A stretch of 64,000 bases of DNA from a virus (Duplodnaviria > Heunggongvirae > Uroviricota > Caudoviricetes): IMG/VR virus record IMGVR_UViG_3300025913_000018; one strand, 5' to 3'. Below are positions 20,010 to 28,953 of the stretch, one piece after another (the stretch's first letter is position 1; every line of letters starts with the position of its first letter). The position numbers were made by a program, and so were the translations under genes. Below the pieces are notes generated by a model. The model did no database searches, was not told the DNA's origin, and was given only the letters and a program-made list of their open reading frames with translations.

Positions 20010-20183
20010 CTCCGCCCCGTTACGCCCGGAGCTTCTGCCGGAGACCGGCGATCACTTCCCTCGAAGAGCGCTGAGGATAGCGGCTACCTCACCCAAGACG
20101 CAGATCAACACGACGCCGAGGAAAAGCGAGGCTGCCCAATGGTTGCCGATAGCGGCGAGAAAGTCTTCCATGCGTGTCTCTCC

Positions 20184-20522
20184 TCAGGGCTCGTAGCGAA
20201 GGTAGTTCTTCCCGTTCGGCATGGAGACAATCCGGTAGTGGGAGGGCTGGGAGGGATATGAGTGGAGGAGGTAACGAAGGGTCGAGATGAGGGCTGGGCT
20301 GCGACCCGCCTCCCCGGTCTCGAAGATGTGGTGGTCTAGGAGGAGAATCGACTCTCCGGGGGAGTCCTTCGCCCGAGCGAGAGCTGAGAGGGCGAGGAGG
20401 GTCGTACGACCCATCCCGCGCTTCTTCGGGGAGGTAAGTGCCTCGATCCCCAAAGCGACCTTCTTTTGGCTCGGGGAGAGGGAGACCCCGAACTTCTTCG
20501 CCATCGAATGGATTGAGGCCAT
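20184..20522 (-). CDS. Small degenerate P-loop-like protein
   Basis: LSPSQ...RGMGRTT followed by a hydrophobic strand. Confidence 0.45.
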   Translation of the reverse strand: MASIHSMAKKFGVSLSPSQKKVALGIEALTSPKKRGMGRTTLLALSALARAKDSPGESILLLDHHIFETGEAGRSPALISTLRYLLHSYPSQPSHYRIVSMPNGKNYLRYEP

Positions 20523-20861
20523 AGACCCACCTTACCCTCGGGGAGGGGGGACGGACTGTTGTACGAGGGTCCTACGTGAGGTGTAGGGCTACGGACTCGA
20601 CCAAACACAGGGATTGAAGGTTCGGAGGCATGATGCTGAGATAGAGATGCGCTTCCTTCTCGGTAGCGAAGAAGAAGGCGTCCTCCAACTTGGCGCAGAA
20701 GTTGGGCTGCGCGTAAGCGCCTAGACCCTCTTCAACGAACCCGTGGGTGTCGGTAACTTTTACGTCCACCAACACTACGCCAGCGCTCCCCTTCACCCAT
20801 TCTTGGAAATAGGAGGTAGGCGAACCGCCTCGTCGGATTACGTACCTCTTCGCCTCCACCG

Positions 20862-21290
20862 TCAGAGGGTCCCGAGGCTTACCAAGACGTCGGAGGCGTC
20901 CCCGGGCGGGTAGGCGCACTGACGCTGGGGGGCGGATTCGAGCTGGAGCCCGAGAGAGACGGGGCCGTCGACCAGGACCTCGTTCGGGTCGGTGAACGTC
21001 AGCTCCCGGTCGGTTACGAGGATACCGACGATGGAGTAGCGGTAGACCTTCTTCCCTTCCCGGTCGACCGTCTCGGTCGGAGACTTCGCGTTCTGTCGGG
21101 GCCAGATCACGGCTCGGAGGTGCTCCCTCATGAACCCTTTTTTACCGGGAGAGGGGAGGGCGAGAGCGGCTCCGATTGCGTCACACTCGGCCGCGAACCG
21201 GTCGTTCAGCCAGTGTCTCATTGCGGGCTCCCGAGAGTGCTCGAACACTACTCGGGCTGCGGCTTCGATCGCTTCGTCTCGGCTGGTCAT
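20862..21290 (-). CDS. Hypothetical protein
   Basis: 142 aa in minus-strand run. Confidence 0.55.
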   Translation of the reverse strand: MTSRDEAIEAAARVVFEHSREPAMRHWLNDRFAAECDAIGAALALPSPGKKGFMREHLRAVIWPRQNAKSPTETVDREGKKVYRYSIVGILVTDRELTFTDPNEVLVDGPVSLGLQLESAPQRQCAYPPGDASDVLVSLGTL

Positions 21291-21649
21291 GCGGGTCTTC
21301 CTCTCGGAGGGGGGGACGGACTGTTGTAGGCTACCGGCTCACGAACCTTCAGGGTTACGGATACGGGAGGCGAGGGAACGGCTCATTTCGGCGGAGGCGT
21401 AGAGGCGATGGGCTCGGATCCCCTCTTCCTCGTCGCGCCATAGGTCCATGTTCCGTTTCGCTGCCTTCTCGCAAATCTCCACCGCCCGCGCTCGTTCAGC
21501 GGAGGTAGCCTCCTCGGCGCGCTTCTTCCACTCGTCCCGTTCAGACGTCCTCATCGCGAGGGCGGCGTTCGCCTCGTCGAGCAATCTGATCAGGCATTCG
21601 GATTCGAGGAGTTCGTCTCGGCGCGTCATGACCCTCTCTTACACCCTGG

Positions 21650-22455
21650 ATGAGCCCGAATACGCCCAATCGAGATGCTGGGTCCAAGGTGATCGAACTC
21701 GTTGATGATTTAGGGACCATTCCGTCTTGATTCTCAATATGATTATTGAGTGTCTCGGACGGCAGTTTCGACCCGAGGACGGGAGGGAGTCGGGACCGGA
21801 GGCGGCCAACGGAATCTCGGCCGTAAACTGTAAAATGAGTTGTCTCGGCCCTGGGTCTAAACCTCACTCGACGAACCCCCTAGACCCCACCCCAGCGATG
21901 GGTTTTAGGGCGTCCACGATTTGGAAATCAGACTTGGGGTTTTTCGCGGTCAATAACCCGTCAGACGTACCCAAGAGTACGAGGGAAGACCGGGCCGGAT
22001 ACGGCACAGGCGAAGGGCCAGGGGACTGGCTAGGAAGCCGTAGGGAGAAGGGCTAAGACCGGACTCGGTCCGACACCACCGACGTCTCCTAGGGGCGCGT
22101 AGGAGGGATTGGGACCGGTGGGTATATAGAGACAAGGTACGGACGAGCGGAAAGTGGGCTCGGGGGAGGTATATAGGAGTGGGGTGTACGGTGGGTCCTT
22201 AGGGACACCGGTGGGGTGGGGGGAAGGGACGCCTGAAACGAAGATGGCGGAGCCACTTTCCTTTCGGTGTCGGTTCGGCTACAACCCTCAAGACCTCGGA
22301 AAAAGTCAAACCGGCGTTGAAATCGAATTTCAAAATCGGCGAGAGGGATTTTCGAGCGAGCTTTTCCCGACCCGGAGCGGATACCCCCCGACTCCGTGGA
22401 TAGATAGACCCCACCCGACCCGACTCAACCCTACTGACGTACGTACGGAGGCCCT
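21650..22455. other. About 800-bp non-coding island (origin-, terminus- or control-region candidate)
   Basis: Longest gene-free gap; AT-richer patches, G-rich plus strand, palindrome TTGAAATCGAATTTCAA at 22317-22333. Confidence 0.5.
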
Positions 22456-23268
22456 ATGTCCCCTCGCCACTCTGGCGCTCTAGCTCTCTTCGCGACTCCC
22501 ACTCTGGTTGAGTCGACTCTCGACGAACCGACTCTCACTATCGTGAGTAAGCGCGTTCTCTCCGAGAAGCAACGTGAGGTGCTCGAAGCGGGCCGAGCGA
22601 AGTTGACGCTTCAACGAGTCGAGCGCGACGCCGAGATCATCACTGAACGTCTTACGCAGTTTGAAGGGCTGTTGAGACTCTTCACGCATCACGGTCGTCT
22701 CGTGAAGACGAAGAAGACGCCAGGGGCGAAGAAGGCTCCGAAGCCTTTCGTCGTTGGTATCGATCTCGCCGTTCGCGGGATCGAAGTGCGCAAGTTGTTC
22801 TACGCCGCTTTCGCTCGTGGCCTGGTGAAGGACGGGTACGACCCGGAGGATTGCCTCCAGGAGGTCTACAAGGGCCTCCTCACGCGCAACAGCGGTACGT
22901 GTCCGTTCGATTCGCGGAAGTCTTCCTTCGGTCACTACGTCCACATCGTGACTCGCTGCGTCCTCGCGAACTACATCCGGAAGGAGAAGCGGAAGCTTCA
23001 GTTCGAGTCGACCGAGTCCTCTCTCGGGGGAGGGGCGAGCGAGACAGCCTTCTCGATCGAAGGCTGTTCCGACAAGCGTGGTACGTCGATCGAGCCCGAC
23101 GCGGTTCTATCGCTGTCCAGATCTCTTGGGCACGATGGGCCGGTGGAGCGGGCTCTGCAGCTCCTGGTCGAGGGCTATTCGCGTCGGGAGGTCGTCTCCC
23201 GTCTCAGCGTCGACTCGAAGTGGCTGGACGGCGTCCTTCAGTCCGCTCGGGCCGCTCTCACCGCCTGA
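22456..23268 (+). CDS. ECF-type (group 4) sigma-70-family factor with N-terminal extension
   Basis: Region 2: DPEDCLQEVYKGLL...FDSRKSSFGHYVHIVTRCVLANYIRK. Region 4: ERALQLLVEGYSRREVVSRLSVDSKWLDGVLQSARAAL. Confidence 0.8.
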   Translation: MSPRHSGALALFATPTLVESTLDEPTLTIVSKRVLSEKQREVLEAGRAKLTLQRVERDAEIITERLTQFEGLLRLFTHHGRLVKTKKTPGAKKAPKPFVVGIDLAVRGIEVRKLFYAAFARGLVKDGYDPEDCLQEVYKGLLTRNSGTCPFDSRKSSFGHYVHIVTRCVLANYIRKEKRKLQFESTESSLGGGASETAFSIEGCSDKRGTSIEPDAVLSLSRSLGHDGPVERALQLLVEGYSRREVVSRLSVDSKWLDGVLQSARAALTA

Positions 23269-24067
23269 GGGTCCTACGATCCTCTGACGGGTGGAAGAGC
23301 CCCGCGAGCGACGGATCGGCGGGGGAGGGGTGCTAGGGATCCCGAGCGCCGTCTTCACCATCTTGATAGCGCTCAGCAACCCTCGAACCTCTGTCGTCTT
23401 CTCCGTGAGAGACGAAGTGAGGGAGAGAGACGCTTCGACGTTCCGCTCGCTGAGGCGGGCCTCCAGCTCGGCCGTCAGGCGGAGAAGCTCCTCTAGGGCG
23501 TAATCAGCTCGGCGGAACCGCTCTTCGGCTTCCTTCTCGTAGTCCATGGCGGGACCCTCCGGGAGTAGAAAGCACGATGAGCTCAGTGTTCGACGAAGAC
23601 CGGGAGAGTCTAGCTGAACTGGCCGCTCGGGCGAGGGACCTCTGGGAAGATCTCGATACCGAGGCGGAACGCTACGGCCACGTAAACGTAGGGGTGGACG
23701 AGGAGATCGTGGCCTGGGCGTTCGACGCCGGCCTGCTCACTTCCGGAGAGCCTTCCGGAGACCTCGCTCGAAAGCCGCGTTCGCCCGGTCGGTGAGCCGG
23801 TCTACGTACTCGGCCCGTCTTCGGATCCACTCCACCCGTTCCTCGATCCCCGCGTCGACCGGGGGAGGCGGAGGAGCCCCGCTCGGCTCGCTCACCGGTA
23901 CGGGCCCCTGTTCCGGAACCGGAACGCCTCTTCAGCCTCCATGAGGGCCTCCCGCTCGCGCTGAAGGGCTCGGCCGTACGCGTAGAAGCGCCGATCGTCC
24001 CGAGCCCGAAGGGTGATGATACCCAGAGCGGTCCCGAGGCCGAACACGAGGAGGACGAGGCTCATGG

Positions 24068-24331
24068 TCAGGGCCTCGACGCGTAGCGCGCCTTCAGGAG
24101 GCGACGGGCCTCGTTTCGGACGGAGTCCCCGAGGTCGGTGAACCGCCAGTACTTCTCCCACGTACTGGCGCGGAGGAACGAGACGAGGCCGAGCTTCTCC
24201 ATCGCCCTCATCGTGTTCTCGCTCCAGCCCCCGCGGCCTGAGTGGGTCGTGGAGTAGTCCGCCGTCTCCAGGACGCGAAGCTGGGCCTTCGTGAGAAGGA
24301 CGCCCTGGATCTCGGTCTTTTCGTTCGCCAT
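24068..24331 (-). CDS. Small winged-helix-like hypothetical protein
   Basis: LTKAQLRVLE...TMRAMEKLGLV...WRFTDLG; similar pattern in 28015..28239. Confidence 0.55.
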   Translation of the reverse strand: MANEKTEIQGVLLTKAQLRVLETADYSTTHSGRGGWSENTMRAMEKLGLVSFLRASTWEKYWRFTDLGDSVRNEARRLLKARYASRP

Positions 24332-24350
24332 GTTCGCCGTCTCCACCCCT

Positions 24351-24378
24351 GTAACGGACGAGGGGGAGGTTCCTACAC
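24351..24378 (-). promoter_or_regulatory. Class I motif GTGTAG-N16-CGTTAC
   Basis: Exact motif followed by GGAG and ATG. Confidence 0.75.
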
Positions 24379-24578
24379 TCGAATGCGCGAGACCCGGCCG
24401 GGAAGTGTATTCCGACCGGGTCTCGAAGGTTTAGGTCAACGGCGGGGACCTATCGCGCCCCGAGTTCGCCACTGGGTGGACTTCCCGTCGTTTCGACGGT
24501 CGGGCGAGGATCTCTGGCCCGGCGGGCTACCCGCTGCATTCTTACATAAAACCTCCGGTAGACGTAGATGGGTCGAAT

Positions 24579-24648
24579 CCGAGCGAACGTGACTCCTGAC
24601 GGCCCTTCGGGCTCTTCGCAGGTAGGGGTTCGATTCCCCTCGCTCGGC
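24579..24648 (+). ncRNA. tRNA-like element with no normal anticodon arm and no CCA
   Basis: Acceptor CCGAGCG/CGCTCGG; canonical T-arm AGGGG-TTCGATT-CCCCT directly before the 3' acceptor strand. Confidence 0.5.
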
Positions 24649-24658
24649 TTCTGAATCT

Positions 24659-24686
24659 GTAACGGACGAGGGTTCCGGTTCTACAC
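24659..24686 (-). promoter_or_regulatory. Class I motif GTGTAG-N16-CGTTAC facing a non-coding structured region
   Basis: Exact motif, no ORF downstream for about 280 nt. Confidence 0.75.
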
Positions 24687-25215
24687 TCAGAACCCTCGAT
24701 CTTCCTCCCGGACCTCGCAGCCCTGGGAGGAGAACGCGATCGAGAGGGCGCGCCACTCGACGGCCTCTACGACCCCGGACATGACGGGGACCCGTACGGT
24801 GACCGGGCGCTTCTTCCCACGGGGGACGACCGTTTCGGAGCGGGAAACGCTGTACTCGACCTTCGGCTCCCCGGCGGGGATCTCCCCGGAGATCGTCCGA
24901 GTCGGCTTCCCCTTCGCGAAGCGCAGGCCGACCGCGACCCACCCTTCCATCGGCTTCTTCTCGGTCATGGTGGGCTCCTCAACCGTAGTGCATCACGTCG
25001 GCCAGGTACCGCATCAGGTCCCACGAGATCCAGTACGTGGTACTGCCGTTCGCCTGAAGCTCGTACGCCGTACCGCCGAGGTACTTCACCTTCCCGCCGA
25101 CGACGTGATTCGCGAGCGCCGCGAGGGGCGCCGTGAACTCGGGCTCGGTCTCGCCCATCTCGGCGATCTCCAGGGCCCTCTTCTTCGAAATCGGCTCGCC
25201 GTTCTTTTCCGACAT
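24687..25215 (-). CDS. Two small hypothetical genes (24687..24968 and 24979..25215)
   Basis: Cassette downstream of class I motif 25232. Confidence 0.55.
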
Positions 25216-25231
25216 CTCGTCCTCCGCCTAT

Positions 25232-25259
25232 GTAACGGACGAGGTCGACGGCCCTACAC
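25232..25259 (-). promoter_or_regulatory. Class I motif GTGTAG-N16-CGTTAC
   Basis: Followed by ATAGGCGGAG and ATG. Confidence 0.75.
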
Positions 25260-25530
25260 TCGGAAAAGACCCTGCTACCAACCCGGCCGGGGTATCGAGG
25301 GAGCTACCCTCCCTAGTCTCCGCCGCTGAGCCTCCACGTAGATCGCGAGAAGCTCTTTTTGCGCCAGCCTTGACGGGCCAAACGACGACTTCGCCTAGTA
25401 CGGTAACCGGGTCTTTTCCGAGCGAAGAAGCGAAGGATGGGCTACGTGCACTCTACCCATCCGGCCCCCCTCCCTGCACGCGTAGCCAGATGATTGCTCT
25501 GGGCTCCCTTGGGGGGTTCTAAGTCTCTCC
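25259..25530. ncRNA. Structured intergenic RNA candidate
   Basis: 14-bp inverted repeat 25259-25272/25409-25422 plus a hairpin with pseudoknot or alternative pairing at about 25435-25487. Confidence 0.4.
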
Positions 25531-25535
25531 GGCTC

Positions 25536-26313
25536 TTACGCCTTGAGGTGGGCGGTCTTCTCGCCCGAGATCCCGACGACGATCCTCACGATCGGCTCTT
25601 CGGGCGCGAGGGCCTGGAGAGCCGCGATCGCCGCGTCCCTCGGATTGGTCGCCGCGACGACCTTCCGAGTCGTCTCGTCCGAGTGAACCGGGTTGTCCGT
25701 GTGAAGGACGAGAACGTCGTAGTTCCGGAGGTTCTCCGGGAAGTCTGACAGCCCCCCGTAGGGGCAGCAGGGGGCGCAGACCGGAAGGTTCGTGACGTAG
25801 TCGAGACCGCACGCCGTTCGAGTCTGGCAGGTCGCGCAGAGGATCTTGAGGTCGTGGCGGGGCCAGCCCGTAGTCGTATCCATGGTCACTCCGCGCAGTC
25901 CAGCTGCTCTTCGGCGAGGACGAGCGCGTCCACGGCGTCTTCGAGGTCGCCCTGCTCGAAGTGGGTTCGAGCGACGTTCAGGTTTTCGTTCGCGTCGGTG
26001 ATCGCGCTCGTGTTGAGGTCGGCGCCCGCGACGGCGAGGGCCGAGAGGTGACCGACGCGCCCGATGGCTCCCCGGTACCGCTTCATGAACGATTCCTTCG
26101 AGGTCATGACACGTCCGCCTCTCGGTTCGTCGCCGTCTCGATCAGGGCGATCCGGCGGTACGAGAACCAGTAGGTGGTCGGCTGGCCGACGTTGAGGCGC
26201 TTCCGGACGATCTTCCCCTCGGGCGAGACCGTTCCGACCCAGGCGTTCGAGGCAACCGTCGAACCGACCGGGAGATACCCGAACCGCGTGAACACCCTCT
26301 TCGTTTCCGTCAT
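25536..26313 (-). CDS. Three coupled small genes (25536..25889, 25886..26107, 26104..26313)
   Basis: Overlapping start/stop codons downstream of class I motif 26333. Confidence 0.55.
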
Positions 26314-26332
26314 CTTCGTACCCTCCGCCTAT

Positions 26333-26360
26333 GTAACGGACGACCCCGGCGGTTCTACAC
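26333..26360 (-). promoter_or_regulatory. Class I motif GTGTAG-N16-CGTTAC
   Basis: Exact motif plus ATAGGCGGAG. Confidence 0.75.
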
Positions 26361-26379
26361 TCCTCCCGTCTCGGAGCGT

Positions 26380-26789
26380 TCAATCCCCCAGAAGTTCAAC
26401 CAGATAGAGCACGGCCGATAGTTCGAAGTAGTACTGGGCGAGGCCGTTGAGCCTCTTGCGCTTCCGGCCTCGGGGGACCTCGGCGGCCTCCCGCGCGAAC
26501 TGGCGGGCCCGCTCCATCGCTCCGAGGGCCGTGAACATCAAGCCTTGAAGTTGCCGGTCGCCTCGGCGAGGAGGCTCTCGAAGGTGACCGAGTCGAGGGA
26601 TTGGCCGCCCATCGTCTCGTGGTAGCCGCTCATGATGAGCCGGAGGATCTCCGGACCCCCCTGGCCCTTCTCCAGGGCCCGAAGGAGCTGGACGAGCTTC
26701 AGGCCCTTCATCATGTGGTTCGCCCCATCCTCGTGGATGAGGAAGAGACTGACACTCAACGGGACCTTGGACTGAGTCTTCTTCGCCAT
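26380..26789 (-). CDS. Two small genes (26380..26538, 52 aa, not in track; 26538..26789)
   Basis: TGATG overlap; manual translation MFTALGAMERARQF...LVELLGD. Confidence 0.5.
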
Positions 26790-26808
26790 GTTCGTCGTCT
26801 CCGCTCCT

Positions 26809-26836
26809 GTAACGGGCGGGGGAGGGAGCTTTACAC
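26809..26836 (-). promoter_or_regulatory. Class I motif GTGTAA-N16-CGTTAC
   Basis: Exact motif. Confidence 0.75.
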
Positions 26837-26842
26837 TCCGGC

Positions 26843-27495
26843 TCAGAACGAGAAGCCGTACTCGCGTTCGATTACGGTCCGGACGGACGCCGAGCCGTAG
26901 TGGACTCGAACGACGGATCCGATCTTCACGACGATCGCCGGGTCCGGGTGCCGGTCCTGGACCAGCGCCTCACCCTGGGCGAACGTGACGCCGTGGTCGT
27001 CGTCCGCGAGGAGGTAGGGGGCCTTCGCCACCGTCTCGGGCGCGAGGGTCGTGTAGGGGACGGTCGGCGCCGTCGGGCCGTACCTACGGGGTCCCCAGGT
27101 CCCGAGGGTGCGGAGGCAGGCGGGCGAGTGGGCCCCGGCTCGGAGAGCGTTACTCTCGCAACCAGAACAGCCCTTTGTGACTTCCTTCATGCTGCCACCT
27201 TTCCGAGGAGGACTTCGCGTCGCGCGCGGTCCAGGGGGTTCTTCTCCGAGGTTGGGTAGACGAAGACCGAGATCGGCCCCTCGCCTTCCGAGCGCTTCGT
27301 GTTCTCTTTCGCCGCGTAGGTCTTCGCGCACTCGACGTCGGCCGGAGAGGCGCGATTCAGCCAGATGCACGCCCTGGCTTCCGAGGCCTTCCGAACGCCG
27401 GGGCGGGCCCCGAGGTCGGCCGCGTAGGGCCTCCCGTCGAAGATGACCGTCTCGACCGCCCACGCCACCACGACCGTAACCTTCGAGTCCGACAT
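26843..27495 (-). CDS. Two small genes (26843..27190 and 27187..27495)
   Basis: Coupled ORFs downstream of class I motif 27515. Confidence 0.55.
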
Positions 27496-27514
27496 TCCCG
27501 TATCCTCCGCCTAT

Positions 27515-27542
27515 GTAACGGGCGACGGGGACGATCCTACAC
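27515..27542 (-). promoter_or_regulatory. Class I motif GTGTAG-N16-CGTTAC
   Basis: Exact motif plus ATAGGCGGAG. Confidence 0.75.
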
Positions 27543-27556
27543 TCTCCGGCTCCAGC

Positions 27557-27975
27557 CTACGTCGATTCGTGGATCCTCGCGATTCCGCAGACGATCCGGA
27601 GAGCCGAGGTCATCGGCGTAACGGTCACCATGAGGCGACAGGCCTTCCCGGCGACGAGGAGAGCCGCGAACGCCTTCCGGGCTTCCGCCTCGGACGTACC
27701 GCGATACGTCTCGGTCCCGTCTTCGCTTCCGCCGAGGTCGACCGCGACCCAGGTACGGGGCTTACTCCAGCCGTCCATCACTCCGCCTCCCGGAAGAGCC
27801 TAGGCGCCTGTTTCGCGACGCCGATCACCCCGAGGACAGCCGTGCTCGCGCTCATGAGAGGGCGGGCGTAGACGCCTTCCTGGCGGGCGACGGATCCGCC
27901 GTCCCGGGTCCAGTAGGTCGCGTCGACCGCGAAGATCTCTCGGAACTGTCGCTCGGTGACCTGAAGCTCGTTCAT
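27557..27975 (-). CDS. Two small genes (27557..27781 and 27778..27975)
   Basis: Coupled ORFs downstream of class I motif 27993. Confidence 0.55.
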
Positions 27976-27992
27976 CGTCGTCTCCCGTTCCT

Positions 27993-28020
27993 GTAACGGA
28001 CGAGGGTCCCGTTCTTACAC
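27993..28020 (-). promoter_or_regulatory. Class I motif GTGTAA-N16-CGTTAC
   Basis: Upstream hexamer is the Val-stop of 28015..28239. Confidence 0.75.
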
Positions 28021-28239
28021 CTTCGCGGGAGCAAGGTCGGCGAGGGCCTTCCGGCCCGCGTCCGTGAGGCGCCAGACGACCCCGAACCCCTCGTCTCGGG
28101 ACGTCGCGTAGCCGAGGCGTTCGAGCGCGAGGAACGCCCGCTTGTTCGAGTTCGGGCCCTTCCCGACTTCCGAGTCCCCGAGGAACGTGAAGCTCGAACG
28201 CTCCATGATTTCCAGGGCTTTCTTCATCGTCTTGTTCAC
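28015..28239 (-). CDS. Small winged-helix-like hypothetical protein
   Basis: AFLALERLGYA...VWRLTDAGRKAL. Confidence 0.55.
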   Translation of the reverse strand: MNKTMKKALEIMERSSFTFLGDSEVGKGPNSNKRAFLALERLGYATSRDEGFGVVWRLTDAGRKALADLAPAKV

Positions 28240-28397
28240 GACTTCTTCGCCTCGGCCGCCCAACGGGCCTTGTACGCCTTCGCCTTCTCGACGAGGACCG
28301 GGTCGGTCGAGGTCGCGATCGTACAATCGATCGCGTGGCCGTCGAAATCGACGCTGCTCTTGAACTTCTTCTTACAGGATTCGCACTTGATAGCCAT
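28236..28397 (-). CDS. 53-aa C2HC zinc-finger-like protein (not in track)
   Basis: MAIKCESCKKKFKSSVDFDGHAIDC; directly after class I motif and RBS. Confidence 0.6.
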   Translation of the reverse strand: MAIKCESCKKKFKSSVDFDGHAIDCTIATSTDPVLVEKAKAYKARWAAEAKKS

Positions 28398-28414
28398 CGT
28401 CGTTCTCCGCCTAT

Positions 28415-28442
28415 GTAACGAGGCTCGACCCCATTCCTACAC
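28415..28442 (-). promoter_or_regulatory. Class I motif GTGTAG-N16-CGTTAC
   Basis: Exact motif plus ATAGGCGGAG. Confidence 0.75.
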
Positions 28443-28452
28443 CTTAGAAACG

Positions 28453-28488
28453 CGAAACCCGTAAGTACCTGAGTACCTACGGGTTTCG
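28453..28488 (-). terminator. Hairpin, probable intrinsic terminator
   Basis: CGAAACCCGTA/TACGGGTTTCG 11-bp stem plus GTAC/GTAC; weak T tract on the minus strand. Confidence 0.45.
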
Positions 28489-28589
28489 GCCTCTTCTAAC
28501 GCGGGGAGGTACCGGACGGGGTTCTTGGAGCCGCGTGAACCGTCTGTACGCAGGTCGGACTTCCGGAGGGATCCGACACCCTATCGGGA

Positions 28590-28835
28590 CTAGGCCGCCA
28601 GTTTGGTGAGGCCGAAGATGAACGTGCGGTTGTCGCCAACCGTGCGGGACCGAAGCTCGCCCGAGGCGAGAGAGTCCCGGAAGAGGTCGAGGAAGAGGGT
28701 CTCCCCGAGACCGGCGCGCTGGGCGAGGCGGGTGATGTCGACGCTCTCGACGTGGCCTTCCACGGCGTCCCAGAGGAAGATGGAGTCGTGGTGCGTAGCG
28801 AGGGCGAGGACGAAGCGGGCCATGTTGGTATTCAT
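28590..28835 (-). CDS. Hypothetical protein
   Basis: First gene of the leftward arm. Confidence 0.6.
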   Translation of the reverse strand: MNTNMARFVLALATHHDSIFLWDAVEGHVESVDITRLAQRAGLGETLFLDLFRDSLASGELRSRTVGDNRTFIFGLTKLAA

Positions 28836-28854
28836 TTTCTCGGTCTCCGCCTAT

Positions 28855-28934
28855 GTAACGAACGACCCCCCGAGCTTCTACACCCCTCGACGATTTTTCT
28901 CGGAGAGTGTAAAGGGGGGACCCTCGTCCGTTAC
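28855..28934. promoter_or_regulatory. Back-to-back class I motifs (minus 28855-28883, N17; plus 28907-28934, N16)
   Basis: Strand-switch point; 23 bp between the two upstream hexamers. Confidence 0.8.
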
Positions 28935-28953
28935 AGGGTCGGAGGATACGAAA

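Noticed and set aside
24470-24500. RNase P-like GGAAGTCC word and riboswitch-like fragments
   Set aside because: Partner conserved segments are missing.
24421-24660. tmRNA (ssrA) or a canonical tRNA gene
   Set aside because: No G3-U70 pair, no CCA and no anticodon stem-loop; the GGATTCGAC D-loop-like word is on the opposite strand from the T-arm.
25370-25400. AACGACGACTTCGCCTAG resembling a tmRNA tag reading frame
   Set aside because: Very short, with no linked tRNA-like ends on the same element; likely chance.
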